DNA of 64,000 nt from Candidatus Tokpelaia sp. JSC189 (GTDB taxonomy: Bacteria > Pseudomonadota > Alphaproteobacteria > Rhizobiales > Rhizobiaceae): NCBI GenBank assembly GCA_003331045.1, contig QENA01000037.1:4218-68217 (forward strand), in the 5' to 3' direction. A model generated the notes under the pieces. It did not search any database and had not been told where the DNA came from. It was given only the letters and a program-made list of their open reading frames with translations. This document shows positions 32,695 through 41,987 of this stretch, piece by piece. Numbering within the stretch: the first letter of the stretch is position 1; the number at the start of each line of letters is the position of its first letter. The position numbers were made by a program, and so were the translations under genes.

Positions 32695-33272
32695 TTTCCT
32701 GTTAAACGTTATTTTTCCCTAACTGCTGTGATTGTTTCACCCCTGCTAGATAGATGAGGAAGATATTGTTTTTCCAGTAAAATTTCTTGCGAGGATGATC
32801 GATCAGCAGTCAAGAAAACCGGAAATACAGCTTTTCCTGCCAACTTTAAATCCTCACTCTTCATATCATACGAGGTAGCAACTTTAACATATAAGAGCAA
32901 GGGCCCTAAAAGCCTTCCCTCACTTGAGGGCAGTTCAGCCCCTGCATTAATACAGCCTAAGGATTTCCCAATACATTCGAGCTATATGCACAGAATATTC
33001 ACCAGTTCATGTCGACCATCAGAAAAATAATTTAAGGAAATGACAATTTAAATAGCTTCCTCAACGTTCCATGCTTTAATATGAACGCCATTCTTAACAG
33101 AAGTTAAGTAACAAGCTTCCCTTAAATACAATTTAATGGACCAGAGCAAAAAACATAAATATTTTATCAATGCAATGCCATCCTTAACTAAATATAAAGG
33201 CCATAACCTGAAGTAATATAACCGGTTTTTCTCCTTTATGATCGCAGCAAAATTTCCAAGAAACTAAGTCAA

Positions 33273-33623
33273 GTGATACGTTTTTTTTTCAAATCCACCT
33301 TGCTACTAGTACTACTCTTTTCTGTTATTACATTCTGGATTCCGGACCCTGCCAATAATAATCCGAACGAGATGACCGATAACTACAGAATCCTTGATAC
33401 CTTGGCGGCTATACGCAATACCGTAATGGATCTAAGAAATTTCTGTGAACGCAACCGTAAAACCTGCGATACCGGAAAATCCTTCGTCAGCTTGCTTGGC
33501 CTAAAGGCTCGTGATGGAGCATATATCGTTTACGAATTTCTTGATGCAAAATTCGGTAATACTATCCTCCCCAAACCCGAACCTGAAAATAACCAACCGT
33601 ACAGGCATAAACTACCCAAATAA
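33273..33623 (+). CDS. small secreted/membrane-anchored hypothetical protein
   Basis: 116-aa ORF with a GTG start and a clear N-terminal signal/TM segment (FFFKSTLLLVLLFSVITFWIP). I did not recognise a catalytic motif. Confidence 0.55.
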   Translation: MIRFFFKSTLLLVLLFSVITFWIPDPANNNPNEMTDNYRILDTLAAIRNTVMDLRNFCERNRKTCDTGKSFVSLLGLKARDGAYIVYEFLDAKFGNTILPKPEPENNQPYRHKLPK

Positions 33624-33820
33624 ACGAAACATCTCCATAAAAACAGGACCTTTCTTGATCTTGATCATAAGAAGATCCGCAGATTTATCACCCTAATGAC
33701 ACAAACCGCGGCTGTAAAATATTTCTGGAAAGATCATTGCCATAACATTATATTAGGCAGAGGATTACATGAAAGCCAATTAGGAATCTCTGTAAGACAC
33801 AGAACAATCTCTGACCGAAA

Positions 33821-34264
33821 ATGAAGTGCATGACACAGACAATAAAGGACATTATTAAAAGCTTTTCCCTGTTCGATGATTGGGAAGATCGTTACCGTTA
33901 TGTAATCGAGCTTGGCAATGAACTGACGCCTTATTCTGAATCTGCCAAGGATAATGCGCACAGAGTGCTAGGATGTATTAGCCAAGTATGGCTTAGCTGC
34001 GAACGCGGTAGCGATGACAATGATCCAGTTCTTACTTTCAAAGGAGATTCCGATGCCCATATTGTCAAAGGCTTGGTGTATATCGTGCTTGCCCTATATT
34101 CCGGTAGGCGGGCTTCCGATATTCTCGCAATAGATGCAGAGGCAACTCTTGCAAAATTGGGGCTTGATGAAAATCTGACACCACAGCGATCAAACGGGTT
34201 GCGATCCATGATCGCCCGTATCCATGAGGAAGCAGCAAAAAGCCAGAAAAAGATCAAAGCCTGA
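33821..34264 (+). CDS. sufE: SufE-like cysteine desulfuration protein
   Basis: 147-aa ORF with FSLFDDWEDRYRYVIELG and the conserved persulfide-acceptor Cys context VLGCISQVWL. Confidence 0.88.
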   Translation: MKCMTQTIKDIIKSFSLFDDWEDRYRYVIELGNELTPYSESAKDNAHRVLGCISQVWLSCERGSDDNDPVLTFKGDSDAHIVKGLVYIVLALYSGRRASDILAIDAEATLAKLGLDENLTPQRSNGLRSMIARIHEEAAKSQKKIKA

Positions 34265-34392
34265 TGAACGACAAACAGAGAAGTTAGATATGAATGCAGA
34301 TCTTGGTTTTTAATGATAATTTTACCTTGCCAAAAGCACATTAGCCCGGAATTATAATCCGTCTAATGAAATGAAGAACGCTTCATAATGGA

Positions 34393-34827
34393 TCACCTAG
34401 TTTTTCTTTTACGCTTGCGGCCAAGCCCCATTTCCTTGGCAAGTACTGAACGGGCCTGAGCATAATTTGGAGCAACCATAGGATAATTCGGATCAAGCTC
34501 CCATTTCTCACGGTACCGTTCCGGTGTCATATTGTAATGAGTCATCAAATGGCGTTTAAGTGATTTGAACTTCTTGCCATCTTCAAGGCATATGATATAT
34601 TGATCTGTGATCGAGCGTTTAGGATTAACTGCTGGTTTCGGTTTTTCGAAGACAATTCTTGTATTTTTGATAGATTCAACTTGGGCGAGTGCAGCGTGCA
34701 CATCATTAATAAGAGCAGGAATATCTCCGGTATGACAAGTATTATTACTTACATAAGCAGATACAATATCTGCTGTCAGTGCGATAAGTATCTCGTTACT
34801 TCCTTCAAATTTTTCCTGATTATCCAT
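34393..34827 (-). CDS. mucR: MucR/Ros family zinc-finger transcriptional regulator
   Basis: 144-aa ORF with the typical Ros/MucR C-terminal region ...YIICLEDGKKFKSLKRHLMTHYNMTPERYREKWELDPNYPMVAPNYA. Confidence 0.92.
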   Translation of the reverse strand: MDNQEKFEGSNEILIALTADIVSAYVSNNTCHTGDIPALINDVHAALAQVESIKNTRIVFEKPKPAVNPKRSITDQYIICLEDGKKFKSLKRHLMTHYNMTPERYREKWELDPNYPMVAPNYAQARSVLAKEMGLGRKRKRKTR

Positions 34828-35231
34828 AGATTCAATCCTTCCAAACGAGATTATTAAGTGCTTTTTATTAGTTCCTAAATATTATTACGGGACATTACAA
34901 GAAATCCTATACCTTCTATTTAGGAGCTTACACTAAATTTAGTCCAGCTAATATCATTGGAATTCATTTTGTCAATTAGATATTTAGAAAATTATTAAAA
35001 CAACATTCAAGATACATTCTTGATAATAAGAAAATTAAATAAACGTATAAGATGTGTAGTACACTAATTAATTCTATAAATAGAATAGAGTTCATAGGAC
35101 AAATGATATAGAGACCTACTAACTACAGCACAATGTCTATGAAATAGATCCATGAAAGGCAGTAATTAACACAATTGGATATGGAGTTAACCGTCTACGC
35201 GGCAGTATCTTCTTTTTATTTCAGAAAATAG

Positions 35232-35451
35232 CATAAAATATATGAATCCAGTACCAGATGGCCTAGCTTCATACACCCCATCAAGGTAGATGCGATTGCT
35301 ACGTTTGAAGAGCATTCCTATGGCACAAGCCGCAAGAAATACGCTGTGCCAGTTGCGATGCACATCTGGGACACGTTTTCCTGATCGGCCGTCTCCAAGC
35401 GGCCTGCACTATTGTATAAGCGACCATATGCTAGTTTATAATCCGAATTGA
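35232..35451 (+). pseudogene. msrB: relic of peptide-methionine (R)-S-oxide reductase
   Basis: Only the C-terminal half is readable, and it spans three frames: ...KIYESSTRWPSFIHPI..., then CDAHLGHVF, then PDRPSPSGLHYCISDHMLVYNP. Compare the MsrB consensus GWPSF...C..CdaHLGHVFpDGP.PtG.RYCiNS. The N-terminal half is absent. Confidence 0.6.
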
Positions 35452-35531
35452 AATCATCTCGACTAGAAGTTATTATAGTCAGGTGATATTTTCATCCTAC
35501 CTCCCGAGGCATAATGTACTACATCAGGGCA

Positions 35532-36099
35532 TCATGCATACTGATGATTATGTATAGTTGAAAGTAAGCAGAAACTAGTATCTAGTATAAGGTTCTTTAA
35601 AAAATTTCTTTGTGAAATGAAAATATCCAGCAATATCTTAAAACTAAAAATTCTTACCAAAAAAGCTGATAGCTGATACGTAAACGCTGCAAAAATTTTT
35701 TTGCCTAAATAAAAGCCCAGATCAAGTAAAACGGAAGTCAAGTTTAAATATTCTTCATAAAGATGACAAAGGATCGATATCCTATATATGTCCGTAAATT
35801 CGAGACGATGAAAAACCTCCTCGATATACCGCCTGAGATAGCATCTGAAATGCCCTAGCAGTAAAGTTTTATATCCGGAACAATTCAAGATCACGACCAT
35901 ACAGGCGTTGTTTTCCGACTCCAAAGACCGAGAGGAATTTATCCCTCACAAGAAGAGATATCTGATCTGGCTGGAATGCAAAGAGGGTGTACCCCAATAT
36001 ACTATTATCGTGGACAGCAAAACGGCGCCTTGGAAATATTTGCTTTCGGTGAGAAAATCTATTCACTTGCCCTCGTAGAAGCAACAGAACTCTGAGCAT
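35532..36099 (-). pseudogene. orphan ORF pair, possibly one frameshifted gene of unknown function
   Basis: ORFs 35869..36099 (76 aa) and 35532..35924 (130 aa) overlap by 56 nt in different frames. They sit inside an AT-rich islet. I found no recognisable motif. Confidence 0.3.
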
Positions 36100-36301
36100 A
36101 ATGTAATCTATTTTTCCTAATTCATCTTATGAAGCCGGCGAATCAGGCTATTTGATTATAATATGGCAGACAGAATCCGCAGGCTTTTAAAGCCCTAGAG
36201 ATACTATAGGGATTACAAGCTGGTTGCCTTCTACTTTTCTTATTGAAGATATAAAATAGCCTCACCCATATATCTTGGCTATTAGCAGTCTAACTAATCC
36301 G

Positions 36302-36326
36302 TTAAAAGTGGCGCCTAAAGCGCCAC
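36302..36326 (-). terminator. rho-independent terminator of sodB
   Basis: Read on the minus strand: GTGGCGC-TTTAG-GCGCCAC followed by TTTTAA. It lies about 50 nt downstream of the sodB stop. Confidence 0.7.
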
Positions 36327-36377
36327 AGTTCTGTTATATGAAATAGCGGGATTACGATCTACAAAGGGCGGACATGA

Positions 36378-36974
36378 TCAAGTCCTTTCGTACATTTCAA
36401 GCACATAATCCCAGTTAATCAAATGGTCAACAAAGATTTCTAAATATTTGAGTCGCGCATTGCGATAATCTATGTAATAGGAATGCTCCCATACATCCAC
36501 GCCAAGAATTGGTTTAGCAGCATACACAAGCGGATTTTCGCCATTTTGCGTTCTCATGATTTCAAGCTTGCCATCCTTGACCGCAAGCCAAGCCCACCCA
36601 GAGCCAAACTGTGCTGTGCCGAATGTCAGAAAATCGGCACGAAATTTGGCATATCCGCCAAGATCAGAATTAATTGCCCTAGCAAGTTTTTCAGGTAACT
36701 TATCACCACCACCGCCTTTTTTCATCCATTTCCAGAAATGAATATGATTATAATGCTGTCCCGCATTGTTGAAGAGTCCCACATTCTTTCCAAAACTGTC
36801 TCTGACAACATCCTCCAGACTTTTACCTTCTAGGCCAGAGTCTTTGAGAAAACCATTACCATTGATGACATAGGCTTGATGATGCTTATCATGATGGTAT
36901 TCGAGGGTCTCACGCGACATATAAGGGGCGAGTGCATCATAATCATAAGGCAGGGGGGGCAGTTCAAAAGACAT
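36378..36974 (-). CDS. sodB: Fe/Mn superoxide dismutase
   Basis: Start at ATG 36974, preceded by AGGAGAG. The sequence reads MSFELPPLPYDYDALAPYMSRETLEYHHDKHH... and carries the DVWEHSYYIDYRN signature. Confidence 0.93.
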   Translation of the reverse strand: MSFELPPLPYDYDALAPYMSRETLEYHHDKHHQAYVINGNGFLKDSGLEGKSLEDVVRDSFGKNVGLFNNAGQHYNHIHFWKWMKKGGGGDKLPEKLARAINSDLGGYAKFRADFLTFGTAQFGSGWAWLAVKDGKLEIMRTQNGENPLVYAAKPILGVDVWEHSYYIDYRNARLKYLEIFVDHLINWDYVLEMYERT

Positions 36975-38541
36975 GTGAATCTCTCCTAGAATTTTCAAAT
37001 AGAATAAAAACAGTTCAAAACTATTCCGGCTACAATGTGGCGTAATTGGCATTGAAAAACAAGCAATGATTCTACTTATCACGATAGCTTGAAAAACAGT
37101 AACATATACAGAGTAACCACTCTATAAGCGCAATTGCCTCACCCTTCAACAAGCTTGCCAGAATAATTTATGTAGCTATATTTTGTCAGTCTCTGCACTA
37201 TTTATGTTACTATCCAGAACCCTAAAATAACCCTTAAAACTATGGATATCATAGTCACATCTTAATGTGATAATTAGTCTTGAGGAAGCTTTAAGATCGA
37301 AAATTAGGTCAAGGTTAGCCTTTGATTTTGCTCAAGCCTAAAGATAACCATATATATTTAGTTTAAAGCTTACATTAAAGATAGTGCTGCAGTTCTGCAG
37401 ATGCAGCATAGTGTTCATTGGAACAGTAAGCAAGAAAACCTATCCTGTCCTTTGATATTTCTGCCAAAGACATGGATATCTTGGAATTTTAAGTCATCTG
37501 ATAAGGCAAGCGGGATATGACCTAAATTGAAGTGCAGACAATGAATTGTGGATACCTCAATTGTCTGCAACTATCAACTGTTATAGATAAATACTCGAAG
37601 GGAAAGTAAGGTGCAGACGCCCTCTCAAACATTAGCTTCTAACCTCCATAATCTTATTTTCTTCTCTAATTTGATGCTCGTTATGGCAACAGACTGTCTT
37701 TCCGCTTCCGGCAAAGATGCAGAAAGACAATTTAGTGGCCTAATGCTTAGGCACGGTGGATTCAAGTATTTTCAAGGTACAAGAAGAATTTCTTGTCGCC
37801 ATATCAATGCAAGGGATCGCATAATCAATGGCGTCAACTAGTAGAAAAAAATGTACGGTCTGACATCACATATCGCTATTCTGGCATGCATGCTGGAGCT
37901 TCCATCTACTTTATTACAGGAGAACATTTTCTGTAGCTATTAACGGTATAATGGCCATCATCGACGATGATAATAGTTCAATTTTTTGATCCTGATAAGT
38001 AAATCCTCGCTGTTACTCAGACAAAAATTCATGCAAAGACGCGAAGCGTAGACGGTATAATACGGCTTATTCTGCAAATACATCTAATGGTTATAACATT
38101 TAGGTTATCGCTGATATTAAACTATCCGGAGGAGCAGGTATCTTTTTCCCTTGAAAAACGCGGAGAAGGTGTAGGATTATTTTCTTTCTCTTGCACACAA
38201 ACCTACCATACCGAAAAGGCATAGGATACCACTAATTGCGCTTTCTTCTAGAACAGTCGCCTTCGCCTTGCCATTTTACGGAAGAGAAAGTAATTCTTAA
38301 AGAGGTAATTTCATCCTAGGGCCTGCATTTATCAGTGGGAACATTAAATTCTGCCGCCGACACTGATATGCTATAGTGACAGCTATAACTTTGCGATTAT
38401 AGTCAAAAACTCACCGTTTACCTCAAAAAATCAATAAAATTTGAAAATAATATAGTAAGCATGACCTAAACAGTAAATTCAGTCTTTTCATATGAAAACT
38501 AAGAGACAGAATTTCTTCCGAAAAAAGCGAATAATCCGAAT

Positions 38542-38616
38542 TGGCTGGGGTACCTGGATTCGAACCAGGGAATGGCGGTACCAAAAACCGCTGCCTTACC
38601 ACTTGGCTATACCCCA
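38542..38616 (-). tRNA. tRNA-Gln (anticodon UUG), CCA encoded
   Basis: The reverse complement reads TGGGGTA-TA-GCC-AAGTGGTAA-GGC-A-GCGGT-TTTTGGT-ACCGC-CATTC-CCTGG-TTCGAAT-CCAGG-TACCCCA-GCCA. This gives a 7-bp acceptor stem, a 5-bp anticodon stem with loop TT-TTG-GT, and a T-loop TTCGAAT. Confidence 0.93.
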
Positions 38617-38844
38617 ACGGGAAATACCCTCAAAACCGGCTTATAACGGCTTCATGGATGAAGCGCAATATATTTGTCCTTATAAAACAACCATTTTTAT
38701 GGCTGAAAATCCCAAGTTTGTTTTGAGGAAAATATAACGGCGGCAAGAGTTGATACGACTCATACTATCAGATATCCGAATTATCATGGCCCGTCAGAAA
38801 TTATGCGTCAAATACTTTCTAAGCAGAACCTGTAAATAGTATAC

Positions 38845-41082
38845 TCAGATTGGTTTATCTATGCCATATTTCACCTTGCGCCGTGCTCTATACAGCACTG
38901 GCTCTGTATAGCCAGATGGTGCCTCACTTCCCTTCAATGCTAGTGCAAGAGCTGCTTGAAATGCAACAGAACCTTCTGTATCTGCGGCCATCGGTCGGTA
39001 AAGCGGATCATCGGCATTCTGTTCATCTACAACAGTTGCCATGCGCCTGAAGCTATCCAGCACCTCTGATTCAGATATAACGCCATGTTTCAGCCAATTG
39101 GCAATTACCTGAGAGGAAATACGGCAGGTAGCGCGATCTTCCATCAGGGTCACATTATGAATATCCGGTACCTTTGAGCACCCAATGCCTCGGTCAATCC
39201 ATCGCACCACATAGCCAAGAATACCTTGTGCATTATTATCCAGTTCATTACGAATTTCACACGCAGTAAGACTTGCAGGTTCAAGAGCAGGCATCGAAAA
39301 CAGTACCGAAAGAGAGGGCAACGCTTCATTCAAACGTTTTCCTTGCACCTCCTGCACATTCACATAATGATAATGAAGGGCATGGAGTGTCGCTGCCGTA
39401 GGAGAAGGCACCCACGCGCAATTGGCACCGGTTTTGGGGTGCGAAATTTTTTGTTCCAGCATATCATGCATAGAATCACACTTGACCCACATGCCCTTGC
39501 CAATCTGCGCTCTCCCCATCAGACCACATTGCAGACCAATAACCATATTGCGATCCTCATAGGCAGCTAGCCATTTCTCTGCTTTGATGTCTTCTTTCGG
39601 CAGGACGGGCCCTGCCGCCATCGCGGTATGGATTTCATCGCCCGTCCTGTCCAAAAAGCCAGTGTTGATGAAAAAAATCCGCTTCGCCACTTCTTTAATG
39701 ACAGCTTTCAGATTTGCCGATGTGCGGCGCTCTTCATCCATAATACCGATCTTGATAGTGTTCCGCGCAAGACCGAGCATTTTCTCAATATCGGCAAACA
39801 TGGTAACTGCAAAAGCCGCCTCTTTCGGACCGTGCATCTTGGGTTTCACAATATAAATGGAACCGGTTTTTGAATTCTGCCGCTGTTTAAGATCATGCAT
39901 GGCGCATAATGTTGTTATAACTCCATCCATCAACCCTTCGCCGATAACCTTGCCTTCATTGTCAAGAACCGCATCCGTCATCATCAGATGACCGACATTG
40001 CGCACCATCATAAGCGCGCACCCTTTTACCGAAAAAGCTTTGCCGTCAGCAGATGTATATTGCCTATCTGGATTCAGGATGCGTACCACCTTTTTGCCAT
40101 TTTTTTCAAATGTGTCTTCGAGATTTGCCTGCATCAGGCCAAGCCAATTGCGATAAACAGAAACCTTGTCCTGTGCATCAACAGCAGCAACAGAATCCTC
40201 ACAATCTTGAATAACTGTAATGGCGCTTTCAACAATAACATCGGTAAGCCCAGCCGGATGCATCTTGCCAATCGGATGGGAGCGGTTGATCACAAGCTCA
40301 ATATATAGCCGGTTGTGGCCCAGAAGAATACGCAGCACGCCACCCTCCTCTCTGAAGCCATGGAAAGCCGCCGAATCCCGCAACTGTGTTTTTGTGCTTT
40401 TGGTTGTTATTACAAGGCTGGCCCACTGCCCATTCCTTTCAATCTCATAAGCGGTCACATCTGCATAGCAGCCTTCCTGCAACGGGAAGGCCTTATCCAT
40501 AAACATGGCGACATAATCAAAAACTGCTTGCCCGCGCACAGGATTATATTGTTCTGCCAGCTTGAGCTCACCGTCTTGTAAAATAGCGTCCGTCCCATAT
40601 AGTGCATTATAGAAACTGCCCCAACGAGCATTAGCAGCATTAAGAGCATAACGTGCATTGGAAATCGGCACCACAAGCTGCGGACCTGATATTTTTGTAA
40701 TTTCAGGATCAAGATTCCCTGTCGAAATCGTAAAATCTGCCGGATCTGCGACCAAGTAACCGATTTTGCGTAAAAAATCGCAGTATATTTTAGACTTAGC
40801 TGCAACGGGGCCATTTTTTTTATGCCAACAATCAATCTCCTGTTGGAGGTGATCACGCTCTTGCAAAAGCACACGGTTGGTATCCATATGTTTTGCAATA
40901 AGGCTAGAAAAACCATGCCAGAACCGATCAGCCTCAACATCAAGACCTTGAAGCACTTCCATCTCAACAAAATTGGCAAGATTGTTTTTTACCTTCAGAC
41001 CTGCCCGTTCTAGGTATATCTCAGAAGAGGTAAGTTCTTCCTTGACTTGAAGAGTTTCCTGCTGCGTATAAATATCAGACAT
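38845..41082 (-). CDS. glcB: malate synthase G
   Basis: 745-aa ORF collinear with GlcB. Matching segments include GPQLVVP..NARYALNAANARWGS, DCEDSVAAVDA, IVKPKMHGP, GIMDEERRTS, TGFLDRTGDE and WVPSPTAATLHALHYH. Confidence 0.96.
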   Translation of the reverse strand: MSDIYTQQETLQVKEELTSSEIYLERAGLKVKNNLANFVEMEVLQGLDVEADRFWHGFSSLIAKHMDTNRVLLQERDHLQQEIDCWHKKNGPVAAKSKIYCDFLRKIGYLVADPADFTISTGNLDPEITKISGPQLVVPISNARYALNAANARWGSFYNALYGTDAILQDGELKLAEQYNPVRGQAVFDYVAMFMDKAFPLQEGCYADVTAYEIERNGQWASLVITTKSTKTQLRDSAAFHGFREEGGVLRILLGHNRLYIELVINRSHPIGKMHPAGLTDVIVESAITVIQDCEDSVAAVDAQDKVSVYRNWLGLMQANLEDTFEKNGKKVVRILNPDRQYTSADGKAFSVKGCALMMVRNVGHLMMTDAVLDNEGKVIGEGLMDGVITTLCAMHDLKQRQNSKTGSIYIVKPKMHGPKEAAFAVTMFADIEKMLGLARNTIKIGIMDEERRTSANLKAVIKEVAKRIFFINTGFLDRTGDEIHTAMAAGPVLPKEDIKAEKWLAAYEDRNMVIGLQCGLMGRAQIGKGMWVKCDSMHDMLEQKISHPKTGANCAWVPSPTAATLHALHYHYVNVQEVQGKRLNEALPSLSVLFSMPALEPASLTACEIRNELDNNAQGILGYVVRWIDRGIGCSKVPDIHNVTLMEDRATCRISSQVIANWLKHGVISESEVLDSFRRMATVVDEQNADDPLYRPMAADTEGSVAFQAALALALKGSEAPSGYTEPVLYRARRKVKYGIDKPI

Positions 41083-41110
41083 GGCATTCCCCTCTAGTTA
41101 AATTGAATAA

Positions 41111-41950
41111 TTAATGTTTCCAAAGCCGTGCATGACGATTGATATCCTTATAAAGGAGATAACGGAAAGGTTCAGGTCCGCCAGCATAACAGGCCTGCGG
41201 GCAAAAAGCACGCAACCACATGAAATCCCCTTTTTCAACCTCGACCCATTCATCGTTAAGCCGGTACACCCCTTTGCCCTGCAGAACATAAAGCCCGTGC
41301 TCCATGACATGGGTTTCCGTAAATGGAATTGCCCCACCCGGCATGAAAGTGACAATGGCAATATTCATATCATGGCGCAGATCCGCCATATCCATGAAAT
41401 AAATAGTCAACCAGCTATCCCCATGGCCTGGCATAGAAGCAGGCACAATAACCTCATCCGTAGTAAAGATCGGATCAGGTGTCCTGAGACCTTCAACAAC
41501 CTCATAAGTTTTGCGTATCCAGTGAAAACGGGCCAGACAACCTGAGGAATTTTTCACCTCCCAGTCAGCCATAGGTGGAATATAGGCAAAGCCGCCCTTT
41601 TCCAATGCATGGGGTATGCCATCAAGAATGATATCAATCACGCCATCAACAACAAAGATTGCACTTTCCGCCTCTTTGTCGGTTTCAGGCCTTAAGGAGC
41701 CACCTCCGGCCTCCACCTCGGCAATATACTGTGAAAAAGTTTCGGCAAAACCGGAAAGCGGGCGTGCTAAAATCCAGAAACGGCTCTTTTCCCAGAAAGG
41801 AAGATTACTGGTAACAATATCGGTCATGACACTTGCAGGCATGACCATATAACTTTCAGTAAAAACTGCACGACACGTGGTCAGCATCTGCCGATCCGGC
41901 AACCCTCCAGAGGAGCAATAGTAGTTCTTTTGTAACATTTTCTGTATCAT
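41111..41950 (-). CDS. allE: (S)-ureidoglycine aminohydrolase-like bicupin
   Basis: 279-aa two-cupin ORF of YlbA/AllE size and layout. It lies inside a ureide-catabolism cluster, 28 nt upstream of glcB. The function is assigned from family resemblance and context. Confidence 0.75.
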   Translation of the reverse strand: MIQKMLQKNYYCSSGGLPDRQMLTTCRAVFTESYMVMPASVMTDIVTSNLPFWEKSRFWILARPLSGFAETFSQYIAEVEAGGGSLRPETDKEAESAIFVVDGVIDIILDGIPHALEKGGFAYIPPMADWEVKNSSGCLARFHWIRKTYEVVEGLRTPDPIFTTDEVIVPASMPGHGDSWLTIYFMDMADLRHDMNIAIVTFMPGGAIPFTETHVMEHGLYVLQGKGVYRLNDEWVEVEKGDFMWLRAFCPQACYAGGPEPFRYLLYKDINRHARLWKH

Positions 41951-41987
41951 TTCATTCCTAAGAAACCGAAATAATATCAGGTCGGTT

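Noticed and set aside
37755-37766. ggtggattcaag, which resembles the T-arm/3' part of tRNA-Gln (ctggattcgaacc) and could be a degenerate att repeat
   Set aside because: The match is short and imperfect, so I cannot distinguish it from background without a proper alignment and statistics.
38423-38737. Small ORFs (60-81 aa) overlapping the tRNA-Gln locus on both strands
   Set aside because: They overlap a well-folded tRNA gene and are artefacts of six-frame translation.
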